DNA from: Balanoglossus misakiensis
Lineage: Eukaryota; Animalia; Hemichordata
Assembly (NCBI GenBank): GCA_040954595.2
Contig: JBECUI020000033.1
Span: forward strand, 1-64,000
Reading direction: 5' to 3'
DNA length: 64,000 nucleotides
Shown here: piece after piece, positions 34,935-46,500 of the stretch
Layout: each line of letters starts with the position of its first letter
Numbering within the stretch: position 1 is the stretch's first letter
Notes under the pieces: model-generated
Databases searched by the model: none
The model's input: the letters and a program-made list of their open reading frames with translations, nothing else
Told to the model about the DNA's origin: nothing
Made by a program: the position numbers and the translations under genes

Positions 34935-36197
34935 TCAATCACTCCTTAAAATTTCTGCCGGTCGGAGTCGAACTACCTTGGAAGAGGCACGCCAAGAAGC
35001 CAGGACGGCAAAAATCGTTGCCGAAGCTAGTATCACAAACACATCCATCGGCATTATCTCTGTTGGTATGCTGCTTATATAAAAGGCCTGGAATGGATAG
35101 ACTTGAATCTCCCCTCGAAAGCCTCTTAAGGAGTTTACCAAGAGTTCCAGTATCGCTAGAAGGCCATTAATGTTCTTGGCCACCAAAATACCCAAAATCG
35201 TGCCTATTCCGCTTCCCAGCCCTCCCAGGGCCAAACCTTGCTGTAGAAAAAGAGCCCGTATTGTTCTGACAGAAGTCCCGGTGGCTTTCATTACGGCAAT
35301 GTCTTCCAGGCGCTCCGCTGCTAAACGCCGTAAGGCGTTTTCAATGTTTACCGCCACAAGCACAAAAATCAGGCCTATCAACAGCATCATCATGATTTTT
35401 TCTGTTTTCAGGGCAGCAAAGAAACTGCGGTTGGATTCTCTCCAGGAGATAAGGCGGCCTCCAAAGGTTTGAGCCGTCGCTGCCAAACGGGATTCCACCA
35501 CCTTGTCCCGTTCGGGACGGCGTAGTTTGAGTCCTACATCTTCTGTGATTTCTCCCAGAAGGAGCTGAGCAGTCTCCAGTCCCATAAAAACAAGGGTGCT
35601 ATCGTATTCCAGATAGCCGCAGTAAAAGATACCCATAACGGTCAACTCAAGATTGATTGGGGAAAGTCCCTCTGCACCCAAGGCCAGGGCTTCAATAGTG
35701 TCTCCGGGAAACACACTGAGCTTGCGGGCCAGTTCTTTTCCAAGAACGACTCCCTTGCCTTCGATGTTGAATTCCCCATCTGGTATTTCAAGCCTTTCCA
35801 TGAGTTTTGGATCCCTTAACGGAAGATCGGGTGGAAATCCTCTGATCAGGGCACCTGCCGGATGGGGACTGATGCCCTTGAGAATGCTCTGCCCTTCCCG
35901 AAAGGGTATGGAGACCAGGACTTCCTTATCGTGCAGGAAAAGAGAGGCCAGGTTGGAGGAATCTTTCTTGCTTGTCTCTCCTTCCAGGGGTACCCATCGA
36001 AGATGATAGGAACCGATTTCCATAATATTGCGGATAAAACCTTGCTGGAAGCCGTTCATTACGGCGAGAACGGCATTGAGAGTCATTACCCCCATGGCTA
36101 TACCCGCAATGGAGAGAAGGAAGGCAGTGCGGCCGCGTCCTTTCTTTCTACCCAGAAGGAGACGTCGGGAAATCCAGCCGATCCAGTTCTTTTTCAC
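34935..36197 (-). CDS. lolC: Lipoprotein-releasing ABC transporter permease (LolC/E family)
   Basis: SIAGIAMGV..L..VLAVMNGF, ALKTEK, PAEILR. Confidence 0.8.
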   Translation of the reverse strand: MKKNWIGWISRRLLLGRKKGRGRTAFLLSIAGIAMGVMTLNAVLAVMNGFQQGFIRNIMEIGSYHLRWVPLEGETSKKDSSNLASLFLHDKEVLVSIPFREGQSILKGISPHPAGALIRGFPPDLPLRDPKLMERLEIPDGEFNIEGKGVVLGKELARKLSVFPGDTIEALALGAEGLSPINLELTVMGIFYCGYLEYDSTLVFMGLETAQLLLGEITEDVGLKLRRPERDKVVESRLAATAQTFGGRLISWRESNRSFFAALKTEKIMMMLLIGLIFVLVAVNIENALRRLAAERLEDIAVMKATGTSVRTIRALFLQQGLALGGLGSGIGTILGILVAKNINGLLAILELLVNSLRGFRGEIQVYPFQAFYISSIPTEIMPMDVFVILASATIFAVLASWRASSKVVRLRPAEILRSD

Positions 36198-36205
36198 AGT
36201 AATTC

Positions 36206-37126
36206 TTAATTGACACGCACAATTTTTCCGTTTACCAGAAATTCTTCCCGAACTTTAAGGTTGTTCTCCCAATAGATACGTACAACCAATTCTTCGTTTT
36301 GATAAAGATTTTCAACCCATTTTCCCGGAGATTCTCTAGAGATGAGTTTTTCCATTTTTCCATCTCGACTATGAACTTCTTTTACGGCTAGATCCTCTTC
36401 CCAAGTGAATTCCTGAACCACAACTCCCCCCAGTCCCCGTTCTTCTGAGCGGAGAAGGGAGTTCTCCTCCCATGTGTAGGTTTTTGAAAGAATCAATCCT
36501 TCTTTGCGGCTGACAATTTCTCGTTGAAGTAGTCCTTCTTTGTCAAAAAAGCGGGTATGGGTTTCTCCATACTCGTTAAGAGCTTCTTCTTGATAGCTCC
36601 CATCATCGTCTCTTTTCCACTTGGTATCGTTGTGTATCTCCCCCTCTCTTATGACCAGGTAGCGAAGGGAACGGCCGTTTTTGTCTCTGTTCTCAATGCG
36701 CCAGTTATCTCCCTCTCCCTGGATCCCCTGCCAGGGAGTGCCGTCGGGTCGGGCAATACCCACGTGAGAAGTGGAAGTCTGGTCTCCCTGGGTAAAGAGG
36801 ATTCTCCGGGGAGCACCGTTGTTGTCGTAGGAGTAGGAAACTTCTAAAAGGAGGGTACCGTCAGAGGAGTATTCCTTCCGGGCGGTCAAAAATCCCTTGC
36901 TGCGGATCATGAGAACTTTTTTGTGAAAAAGTCCGTCTTTATAGAGAATCCTTTCTTCTTCTTCACCCTTGTTCTCTATTGAAAGAACCCATGGGGCGGC
37001 GGTGGGGTTTCCTGAATTTAAAGGTTCTTTCATAATTCCACTGGGGCCTGAATTGTACCAGTCGATACTCCAGGAGGCAGAGGAGATAATCAGAAGGCCT
37101 GCCATCGTAAAAATCGTTTTTTTCAT
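36206..37126 (-). CDS. Exported hypothetical protein with beta-hairpin (YD/MORN-like) repeats
   Basis: Signal peptide; short repeated beta motifs; overlaps ftsY stop. Confidence 0.7.
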   Translation of the reverse strand: MKKTIFTMAGLLIISSASWSIDWYNSGPSGIMKEPLNSGNPTAAPWVLSIENKGEEEERILYKDGLFHKKVLMIRSKGFLTARKEYSSDGTLLLEVSYSYDNNGAPRRILFTQGDQTSTSHVGIARPDGTPWQGIQGEGDNWRIENRDKNGRSLRYLVIREGEIHNDTKWKRDDDGSYQEEALNEYGETHTRFFDKEGLLQREIVSRKEGLILSKTYTWEENSLLRSEERGLGGVVVQEFTWEEDLAVKEVHSRDGKMEKLISRESPGKWVENLYQNEELVVRIYWENNLKVREEFLVNGKIVRVN

Positions 37127-38043
37127 TCTGGTGCCAGTAATTCCTCAAGGTAATTATCAACATTAAAAATTTCCATGTCGTTCAATCCTTCTCCTCGGCA
37201 GACAAAGGCAAAAGGAAGGCTCAGTTTTCTTCCTATGGCTGCTGCCAGTCCCCCCTTGGCCGAAGAATCCAGCTTTGTCATGATAATGGCATCCAGGCCC
37301 AGGGCCTGGTGGAAGGTTTCGGCCTGCATGAGGCCGTTCTGTCCCGTGGTGGCATCAATAAGTAAGATTTTCCGGTAAACTCCGTTGCTCCCCAGGCGTT
37401 TTTGAATTATCCGGTCAATTTTGCTTAGTTCCCGGACAAGGTCGTCGCGGTTGTGCATGCGCCCTGCGGTGTCGGCAAGAATGAGCCCGTCTCCCCGGCT
37501 ACGGGCTGAATCAATAGCATCATAGATAACAGAACCGGGATCGGACCCGCGTTCTTGGCTTAGCACCCGGACTCCGATTTTTTTACCATAGAGGCTTAAC
37601 TGTTCAATGGCGGCTGCCCGGAAGGTGTCTCCTGAGGCCAAAAGGATTTCCTTGACCTGCCCTTGGAATCTGTGGGCCATTTTGGCAATGGTGGTGGTTT
37701 TTCCCACTCCGTTGACGCCAAGCACCAAGTAGAGGGATAGGCCGTGGGGCGGCGGACTTATGTCCAGGGTTTTTAAGGATGCTTTTAGAATCGACTTGAG
37801 CTCTGCGAGAATATATTCCTTAGCGGCTGGTTTTTTTTTCTCTTGGATGCGAACACGAAGCTCACCTACCACTTCCGAAGCGGTCAGGACTCCCATGTCG
37901 GCCTCTATAAGGAGGTCCTTTAATTCTTCGTAGAATGATTCTACAGCACCGTGACGCTTAAAAATTGCCAGCAGCTTGTTGCCAATGGCCTTGCGAGAGT
38001 CCCGCTGTAGAGGGGGAGTCCCATTTTTCTTTCTACCGAACAT
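37123..38043 (-). CDS. ftsY: SRP receptor FtsY (no acidic N-domain)
   Basis: GVNGVGKTTT, DTFRAAA, DTAGR, TKLDSSAKGG. Confidence 0.96.
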   Translation of the reverse strand: MFGRKKNGTPPLQRDSRKAIGNKLLAIFKRHGAVESFYEELKDLLIEADMGVLTASEVVGELRVRIQEKKKPAAKEYILAELKSILKASLKTLDISPPPHGLSLYLVLGVNGVGKTTTIAKMAHRFQGQVKEILLASGDTFRAAAIEQLSLYGKKIGVRVLSQERGSDPGSVIYDAIDSARSRGDGLILADTAGRMHNRDDLVRELSKIDRIIQKRLGSNGVYRKILLIDATTGQNGLMQAETFHQALGLDAIIMTKLDSSAKGGLAAAIGRKLSLPFAFVCRGEGLNDMEIFNVDNYLEELLAPE

Positions 38044-38088
38044 GGCGAAAATAACCTGAAATCAGGCCTAAGTCTTCTGGCCTCCCTT

Positions 38089-39555
38089 TCACTGTGTGAG
38101 TGCCTCGGCTGACTTCAAATATTTTGCCAGCTTAAAGAAGAAGTTGGTTAGAAGGGCGGAAGACAGGGCAATGCCTCCCCACATTACTCCGGTAGTGATG
38201 TCATAAGCCAGCTTGGAATTAGAGGAGGATTCTTGGTATATCGAGTTGCCCGTCCGCTGATAGGCACTGTTGTTGGCATTTAACTGTCCCTGAAAGTTCT
38301 CAGATATGCCCGAAAAGATCATGGGAACCGCCACCGACACAGAAAACCAGGTGAGAGAATGATAGAGCCGGGTGCGGTCTCTTTTAAACACAATCTCTGG
38401 ACTCTCTTCCAAAGGCTCCAAAGTTGCAGAGAAGGAAGGGGTTTCAGGTCCATAGGGAAGGGTCTGGGTCTGGTAGCCTTCGAGTTGTAGCAAAAGAGAT
38501 TCTGAGTGGTTGGGGAGTTGTAGGTCCATGGGAGTCTGGCCCTGATAAAGGGTTCCAAGCCGGATTTCGGCCCCCGGAGGAATGGAATCAATATGGATGT
38601 ATTCCGGCTGGATAGCATCCAAAGTTACCTCAATCTTCTGGTAGGAAAGAGGAGTTACCATGTAGTTTTTTACCCAGGATGTATAGCCGGGATGGGAAAT
38701 TTCTACCATGGTGGTACCGGTTTCCAATGTCAAATCCTTGTACAAACCTACCCCCACAATATTGCCGTTTATCTTAATGGTTGCCAGGGAAGGTTCAACA
38801 CTGACCCTTAGTCCTCCCCAGTCGCGTCCCAAAATAATCCGGCGGATCACTCCTGCCGCCTCTTCGGCCATAAGGGGAAAATCTACACTATCTCCTGTGC
38901 CTTCCCAGATACTCTCCTGCCCTCCTTCGGTGAGGGCCCATAGGTGAATACTGTGGTATCCCTCTATTTCTCGTATCGTTCCCGTGATAAGCAAATCCAA
39001 CTGAGCCGTATTCCTCAGTATTCCAGGTGGGATCTTATCGGTGGGCCATAGGATGCCTCCGGCAGGAGGAGGAGGGAAGCGAACAGGAATTTCTTTTGGG
39101 ATTTCAAGGTTGTCGGAAGAGGCTTCAATCCATGATTCCAGTTTTTTCCTTACCGCAAGGATGTTCTCATCCAGTTGTGTTTTTTCTTTTTTTGAAGTAT
39201 TAAGTTTGAAAAGGAGTTCATCCTTGGCACTGTGGTGCTTGCCCAATTCTTGCATTATCGACCGGTAAGACTTGTTGACCACCCGGTCTACCAGGTAGGT
39301 TCCTTCTTGTTTTGAAAGTTGGTGTTCTTCTAGGTCTTTTAACTCGTTGTGGAGAATCCTGGGGAACAGTATTGCGGCTGAACTGTTGTCCTGAGCGGTT
39401 CCAAGGTGTTTGAATACGCCTATTCCTACAGACCACAGCAGGTCTTCGGCAGATAGGTTCACTTGGGGAAGTTCTTCTTCCTGGGACATGGAAGAAGCGA
39501 TGGCAAAGGAGAACATGCCAAAGGTCAAAAATCTTCTAAGAACATTCATGCGCAA
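38089..39555 (-). CDS. PEGA-domain membrane protein
   Basis: Signal peptide; SVEPSLATIKING and DSIPPGAEI..G..P PEGA repeats; two C-terminal TM segments. Confidence 0.75.
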   Translation of the reverse strand: MRMNVLRRFLTFGMFSFAIASSMSQEEELPQVNLSAEDLLWSVGIGVFKHLGTAQDNSSAAILFPRILHNELKDLEEHQLSKQEGTYLVDRVVNKSYRSIMQELGKHHSAKDELLFKLNTSKKEKTQLDENILAVRKKLESWIEASSDNLEIPKEIPVRFPPPPAGGILWPTDKIPPGILRNTAQLDLLITGTIREIEGYHSIHLWALTEGGQESIWEGTGDSVDFPLMAEEAAGVIRRIILGRDWGGLRVSVEPSLATIKINGNIVGVGLYKDLTLETGTTMVEISHPGYTSWVKNYMVTPLSYQKIEVTLDAIQPEYIHIDSIPPGAEIRLGTLYQGQTPMDLQLPNHSESLLLQLEGYQTQTLPYGPETPSFSATLEPLEESPEIVFKRDRTRLYHSLTWFSVSVAVPMIFSGISENFQGQLNANNSAYQRTGNSIYQESSSNSKLAYDITTGVMWGGIALSSALLTNFFFKLAKYLKSAEALTQ

Positions 39556-39637
39556 TGTACACTCGGCTTAAAGGGATTGGCGCAGAAGAAGCTTTCCGGT
39601 AGGTCCGGTTTTCTTGTTCTTATCAGGCAGCGATATT

Positions 39638-40757
39638 TCATTTTTCCTCGTTTATCTCTGTATTCTTCCTATTCCAGTGGAGATAAGCATTAATAAAAGG
39701 ATCGATATTCCCATCCATTACGGCCTGAATGTTCCCCGTTTCCTCTCGGGTGCGCAGATCCTTGACCAGGGTATAGGGATGGAAGACATAGGAGCGAATT
39801 TGAGAGCCCCAGGCTATGTCTTTTTTTTCGGCCGCAGAAGCAGCCCGTTCCTCTTCCTGCTTTTGACGGTAGTATTCATAAAGCCGGGACTTGAGTACTT
39901 TCATGGCCATTTCCCGATTCTTGTACTGACTGCGTTCATTCTGGCACTGAACGACAATGCCTGTACTGAGATGAGTCAAACGTACCGCACTGGAGGTTTT
40001 GTTAACGTGCTGCCCTCCCGCTCCTGAGGCTCGATAGGTGTCCACTCTGATTTCTTCAAGGTTTAACTCGAAATCGATGTCATTGTCAAATACAGGCGAA
40101 ACATAGATCGAGGCAAAGGTGGTGTGGCGACGTTTCGCCGAGTCAAAGGGGCTGATTCTTACCAGGCGGTGTATGCCTCCTTCGCCTTTTAGAAAACCGT
40201 GGGCAAATTCTCCTTCTACCTGGATATCTACAGACTTTATTCCTTCATCGGCTTCTTGGATGTCCAGTAGAGTCTGCTTAAAGCCCCTACGTTCGCACCA
40301 GCGGCTATAGAGACGATACAGCATGGCAGTCCAGTCATAGGATTCTGTACCCCCTGCCCCGGAATGGATGGAAAGAAAGGCGGGAAGGATATCGGTAGGC
40401 TCTCCTAGCAGCTCCAGGTTCTTCGCCTTATCCACTTTGTCAGTGAGCTCCTCCAAGGTCTTCCGTATTTCCTTTTCTAAAGATTCCTCTCCTTCTTCTT
40501 GGGCCAGGTTAAGGAATTCCTTGGCCTCGGCAACTTGCTGTACGAATTTATCCCAAGGTTCGTAACGATTCTTCAGCCTCTTTAGTTCTGTAAGAGTCTC
40601 TTCTGCCTTCTTTCGGTTGTCCCAGAAACTGCTCTTGCCAATAAGGGTCTCCAGATTCCCGGCTTTTTCTTTCAGTCCTGTTTCGTCAAAGACGCCTCCA
40701 GTTGTCCAGAACATCTTTTTCCAGGTTCTTTACTAGTGGAATTAAATCGTTGAGCAT
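39638..40757 (-). CDS. prfB: Peptide chain release factor 2 with programmed +1 frameshift
   Basis: AGGAGG RBS, ATG 40757, 23 codons to TGG AGG CGT CTT TGA C; SPF and GGQ motifs in the +1 frame. Confidence 0.95.
40685..40699 (-). promoter_or_regulatory. RF2 autoregulatory frameshift signal (internal SD GGAGG + CTT TGA C)
   Basis: Canonical motif at the frame junction. Confidence 0.93.
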
Positions 40758-40994
40758 AAGTCCTCCTGTTTCTTAATGATAAGTGCTTCTGTATATTTTT
40801 CAAGGTAGGAATAAAGAAAAAGATGTGACTTTTAAAAACTGATACCAGCAGATAGTCCTCTAACCTCAATTTCTGCTGGTTTGACGGAACCGAAGATCTC
40901 ACCGCTTTCTTAAGGGAACAGGTTTTCCCTCAATCCTGTTTTGGAAAATACCATGCTTGTTCCGACACAGCCCAACTCCGAAGCCGTTTTTTTA

Positions 40995-41186
40995 TCAGGT
41001 GGACTCTGGGCCCTTGCTGTTGTTTTTTGTCGTTTCGGGAGGAGGTCCTTCACGGGAAGATTTTTTGTCGTTTTTTTGTGATTTTTTTCTTTTCCATTCC
41101 AGGAACCAGGGGATGAATTGCAATAGCCCACGGATTATCAGAGAAACAGCGACAAAAAAGAGTAAAGACAAAATTGCCTGTAACAT
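40995..41186 (-). CDS. Possible small membrane protein
   Basis: Hydrophobic N-terminus then basic tail; same strand as neighbours; no homology recognised. Confidence 0.3.
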   Translation of the reverse strand: MLQAILSLLFFVAVSLIIRGLLQFIPWFLEWKRKKSQKNDKKSSREGPPPETTKNNSKGPEST

Positions 41187-41342
41187 TTCTTACCAAGAAT
41201 AGGTAATTAGGGGCTTTGGGTCTACCCTCTCATGCTTGGAAGGAGAAATGCTGGGGTCAATTATTGGTAGAGGGAAAGCTTCTTGTTTTCTGTTTATGGT
41301 GAAACGGCATGGAAGGTCCGATAGTGGAGTTTCCTTATAATG

Positions 41343-43553
41343 TCAGCGGTGGGTCAGGAGCCAGCAGCGATGAACAAAGCTTCGGCGGGAAAAGTCATAG
41401 GGAATGGTTTCTGGGGTGATTTCTTTTAGCTTCGCTATTTCTTTGATCTGGGGATCCATGCGGAATCGGCGGTAATTTTCCGAGAAAATAAGTTTTCCCG
41501 TCAATGACAATCTCTTCATAGCTAGCTGAAGCAGATGGAGATGGTCTTCCTGTAATGAAAAATTCTTTTCTCCTTTGCTGTTGGAATATGTGGGGGGATC
41601 CATGAGTATCAGGTCATAGAGGGACTTGTCTTCCTTGAGAAAGTCCTGGGCCTCCTGTCGTAACAGTTTATGGGCTTCTCCACGGCAGTTGTTAAGCGAA
41701 AAGTTGTCCCGTGCCCATTCCAGGTAGTTGTGGGACACTTCCACGGTAACGGTCTTCGTCGCCCCTCCTCGAATTGCCATTACTGTGGCTGTGCCGGTGT
41801 AAGCAAAGAGGTTCAGGAAGGAGCCTGACTTTGCATAGTCTTTTATGAGGGCACGAACCGAACGGTAATCTAAGAAAATGCCGCTGTCCAGATAGTCGCT
41901 AAGATTAATCCAGAACCGGCTTCCTCCTTCTCGTATAAGGAATCTTTGTCCGCCTCCGCCCTGTTTGCCATAGGGGCGACGGCTTTTCATGCGGGTTTTT
42001 ACATAGATATGCTGCTGAGATATGTTGGTAGTTGCTACCAACATATCAATGAGTTCTTTTAATCTACGATCAGCAATATTGAGGGGAAGGTTTTTTGGAG
42101 GAGCTTTTTCCTGCACGTGAAGCCATTGGCCTTCAAAGTAGTCCACGGCGGCATTGTACTGAGGCAGGTCGGTGTCGTAGAGACGCCAGGATGTTAGGTT
42201 GTTTTTTTTTGCCCAGGAACCCATGATTTCCATATTTTTTTCCAGGCAGTCTCTGAGTTGTTGGAGGGAGGCCTGGAGAGCCTTATCTGTGTTGGGCTCG
42301 TCGGTTTCGGAGGGACGGGGATGATTGTGAAGAGGCTTTCTGAGGGGCAAAGTGGGCGCCTTCAAGGGGATTCTCTCAGAGAGATGTTCCGGAGATTTCC
42401 GGGCTCTGTAGCGGAGAAGTTCAATCTCCATGCCTCCACTTTCCATGGTGAATCTTTCAACGGCCCGCAGCCCCGTATGGTTGGCAGTGCTCATATCCGG
42501 TGCCAGAAGTCCCAACTGCCAGGGGGAGGGAAGGGTTTTGAACAAAGAACCCAGGGCTGCGTAGATTCTTTCTGGATTGCCGCTTAGCCGCTGTCCATAG
42601 GGAGGATCGGCAATAATGAGTCCTTCCGGGACCTCAGGCAGGGTAGGCAGGGGGGAGAGCAGGAGATCTTGTCTTTTCCACTGAATTCGGTTTTCCAGAT
42701 CTGCCAAACGGGCATTGGCTTGGGCTCCGATCAGGGCCTGAGGATCCTTGTCCCAGCCGATCAGAAACAGAGGAATCTGCTGGGCATGATGAGCTTTTTG
42801 CCGTTCTTCTTGGAGCTTAGCATCCCATAAGGCCGATTCGTGTCTCTTCCAGGCAAGAAAGCCCCAGGCCTTGCGTCCTAGCCCCGGGGCCAGATCTAAG
42901 GCCATCATGGCCCCTTCAATAAGAAAAGTACCGCTTCCGCAGACCGGATCAAACAGCGAGGCTCCCCGGGAAGCCATTTCCGGCCAGCCCAGTCGGTAAA
43001 GAATGGCTGCAGCCACAGTTTCCCGCAGAACTGCCACCCCCCGGTTCCTACGGTAGCCCCTCTCGTGCAGGGCACGGCCTGAGAAGTTTAGATAAACCTT
43101 CCCTCTTTGGCCGTTCCAGCGGACTTCAATCAGTATTCCTGGGTTTTTTCTGTCAACAAAGGGCCTTTGACCCTGTTTTTCCATGAAATGGTCGGCTATG
43201 GCATCCTTGACCCGAAGAGCCGCAAAGCGAGGATCCTCATCTCGGGGAACCCCAGTTACCCGGCAGGCGAAGCTGTCTTTAAGTCCGAAATGTTCTTCCC
43301 AGGGAATGGCCTTGACCAGGGAGTAAAGTCCATCACTGCCTTTGGCCTCTCCTCGGGAAATTTCCAGAAGTATCCGCGAAGCTACCCGCAGCCGAAGACA
43401 GGCTTGGTAGGCAATGCCTAGATCTCCCTGAAAGGAGACTCCCAGTCCTTCGGAACGGAGGATTCTGGCACCTAGTTTTCTAATCTCAGTAGCCAGGATG
43501 TCGCCCGTTCCAGGGGGGCAGGGGGCAAAGAGATGGTAAAGGGTTACGCTCAC
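41343..43553 (-). CDS. rlmKL: Bifunctional 23S rRNA m2G2445/m7G2069 methyltransferase
   Basis: THUMP domain, LHERGYR, DPVCGSGT, DPPYG; second domain YLDSGIFLD.R, FLNLFAYTG, DPPTYSNSK. Confidence 0.88.
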   Translation of the reverse strand: MSVTLYHLFAPCPPGTGDILATEIRKLGARILRSEGLGVSFQGDLGIAYQACLRLRVASRILLEISRGEAKGSDGLYSLVKAIPWEEHFGLKDSFACRVTGVPRDEDPRFAALRVKDAIADHFMEKQGQRPFVDRKNPGILIEVRWNGQRGKVYLNFSGRALHERGYRRNRGVAVLRETVAAAILYRLGWPEMASRGASLFDPVCGSGTFLIEGAMMALDLAPGLGRKAWGFLAWKRHESALWDAKLQEERQKAHHAQQIPLFLIGWDKDPQALIGAQANARLADLENRIQWKRQDLLLSPLPTLPEVPEGLIIADPPYGQRLSGNPERIYAALGSLFKTLPSPWQLGLLAPDMSTANHTGLRAVERFTMESGGMEIELLRYRARKSPEHLSERIPLKAPTLPLRKPLHNHPRPSETDEPNTDKALQASLQQLRDCLEKNMEIMGSWAKKNNLTSWRLYDTDLPQYNAAVDYFEGQWLHVQEKAPPKNLPLNIADRRLKELIDMLVATTNISQQHIYVKTRMKSRRPYGKQGGGGQRFLIREGGSRFWINLSDYLDSGIFLDYRSVRALIKDYAKSGSFLNLFAYTGTATVMAIRGGATKTVTVEVSHNYLEWARDNFSLNNCRGEAHKLLRQEAQDFLKEDKSLYDLILMDPPTYSNSKGEKNFSLQEDHLHLLQLAMKRLSLTGKLIFSENYRRFRMDPQIKEIAKLKEITPETIPYDFSRRSFVHRCWLLTHR

Positions 43554-46500
43554 TTAAGCAACAAGAATTCTACTCTCCGGTTCTTCCAACGGTTTTCTAA
43601 CTCCCCGTGGGGGACCAAGGGCATTGTGCCTCCCAGGCCCTTGGCCTCCATGCGGCTTGGGGCAATCCCCCGCATTACCAGAGCCGATCGGACAGTCTCT
43701 GCCCGGTTGGTAGAAAGGGGTAGAAGTTCTTCCTGCTCTTCTTTGGATGCCTTAACGGGATTGTCCCAGAATTCGCTGACGGCATGGCCTTCTATGACGA
43801 TTTTGTAACTTCTGTATTTCTCGAGTATTTCCGTCAAACGGTCCAGGATTTGTAAGTTCTTTTCTCCACTTTCACCAGAGGTTACCAGCTCGGCCCTGTA
43901 GGGGGCAAAGGTAATGTTGGATATGAGGATTTTGAGCTGGTCTCCGACTCGTAGGACCAGAACGTCCACGGCTATGGAGCCCTCGACAACGGCACTGTGA
44001 CCAAGAACATCGCTTATCGTGAAGGTGTAAGGGTAGTCCTCGGCGGACTGAACCAGTTCTCCCTGACCACTTCGGCCATCCCATATTATCCGTTCCGAAG
44101 GCCGTCCCGTTCCGCCGAAACTAATAAAGTCCTTCCCTCGGGGGTCCCTAATGACCAGGCTCCAGTTTCTTATCTTGGACTGGTCTTCTACCTGGACGCC
44201 TATAACAACCTCGTCTTCAATATTATCACTGTCAGGACTAAAGGGCTGGGGTTCCAGGCTAATCCTTGCTTTTGGGGGGCTGCCATCGCTAGTAAAGGGA
44301 CGGCTTTCCGCCCGGGGTTTGTTTCCCTTGGCATAGGTAACTACCAGAACGCCCTTAAAATTCCCCTCTTCGGGTTGCCCACGGCTGTTCAGACCGTTCC
44401 AGCTAAAGATTTTCGGAACACTTCCCTTTCCCTCTTCAACCTTAACAGGTTCACTTCCTTCTCTCTCTACGCTGAAGCGCCATTCGGAAATTCCCTGCTC
44501 GTTTGGGATGACCGCGGTAAATCGCTGGAATTTGGAGGGATCCTTTTCTCCCGCCTTGACGAATCCTGCCGATGCGGTCAGGTAGATTGGGGTGGGAAGT
44601 GTATCAATGCGTATCTGGGGAATGGACTTGGTAGTGTTGTTCCCTGCCTTGTCAGTGGCGCTGACTCTATAGCGATAGATGCCATCGGGTAAGGGGTTGC
44701 CTGAATCATCGGTTCCATCCCAGTTTAGATCTTTCAATGTTCCAGCCCAGCGCCAAGAACGTAAGGGAAGCCCCGAGCTATTTTCAACATAGGCTTCAAA
44801 AATTTGTTCTTCCGAAGAAGTTTGGCGGATAAGTAAGGTATCCTTAAGGCCGTCGCCGTCGGGGCTGAAAAGTCTATCTTCCTGATCGAGTTGTATGCTG
44901 GGTGCTGTGGTATCCAGAAACACCGGGCTGGAAAGTGACTCTGCCACCGTTCCTTTTTGGTATTCTACTACCAGCCTGGCCTGATAGGCACCGTCAGGTG
45001 TCTGACGGCCCTCGGGGGTCTGTCCATTCCAGGTAACCGATTCCCCTGGGGGGCCATCTCCCTTCCATTGCCGCAGTGCTTCCATCTGAGAGTTGAGAAC
45101 TTCCAGGGTCCAGCCAGCTGCGGGGGAGCTGGTTTGGGCCGAGGTATAGAAAACAACAGTATCGTTAAAATGATCTCGAGATGCCGTTACTGATGCTTCG
45201 ACAGCACGGGTATCCACGGTAATTTGGATCTTTGAAGAACGGCCATGGTTGCCAGCTTTGTCGGTGGATTCCAGATAGTAAGAATAGCGGCCGTCGGAGA
45301 CCAAACGTCCTTGGTTGTCCCTTCCGTCCCAAACCTGGGTAAGTTCAGGCTTCTCCACCCAAGTCCAAGTTCTTATTTCCTTGTCCTTGGCATCGGTTAG
45401 TACACCTTTCCATGTTTCCTCCATGGAACCCTCCTGGCTGAGAGTAACGGTGTCCAGGCGATTATCGCCATCGGGTGAGAAAATTGCAGAAGACGCGCGA
45501 ACATTGGCCTGGGGGGGGGTGGTGTCTACAGCAAAGGGGGGAGACAGTGCTGAATTTTGGTAGCCGTTGCGATAACTCACTGACAGCCGCCCGGTGTAAT
45601 CCTCTTCGGGAAGAGCTTTGCCTTGGCTGATTTGCCCATCAAAGTCCACTTCTGAAGAAATATCCAATCCATCCTTGCTTCCCCATTTTTTTACCTGTTT
45701 TCCAGCCTTGTCCAACACCTCCAGGGTCCACTCGACAATTCCAACCTTAACAGGAACATCCAGAACAAAAGTGATACTCCCTTCTGGGCCATCTAAGCTG
45801 GGAGAGAAGATATTTCGGTTAATGGTAACTCCCAGAGAAGGTTGTATGGTATCTAGAATAATTCCTTCTATGCTGGCTTCGCTGACGTTCCCCGCCAAGT
45901 CCGTGCTCTTTACCTTATAGTGATACACTCCATCAGGCACAATCTGTCCTGCATCATCCTGGCCCTTCCAGTCCCAGGAGGCAAGACTGCTATTCTCCCA
46001 CTGTTTTTGGATTACCGTTTCTCCTGCGGCATTGACAAAAGAAGCTTCCCAGAGACCCTCGATGCTTCCCTCCTGAACTATAGAAAAGACATCCTTGTTA
46101 CCATCTCCATCGGGAGAGAAGATCAGGTCCCTTCCTTCAACTTTTTGAAGTTTCAAGTCTGGGGCTTCCCTATCTATCTTGACCGAGAGGGGGCCATAAA
46201 CACTGGAATTACTATTGTCGTCTTGGAATTCCATATGGATAGAGTAATTACCGTCGGGAACGGGGGCACCGTCATCTCCTACACCGTCCCAGCGGAGGCT
46301 TGGGGGAAGGGAGGCACCTGTTTTCTTAGAGACAAGCCTGGTCCAAAGGTTGGTTACGGTTTCGTTTTCTGGACGCTCGTCTTTGTTGCGGAAGTTGCGG
46401 ATAATCTGGCCATTCTCGTCGGTAATGGTCCACAGGTACTTGGTAATGTAGCGGGCATCGGTAACGGTGTATTCTTTATCGACTTCGTCTAGCACTCCAT

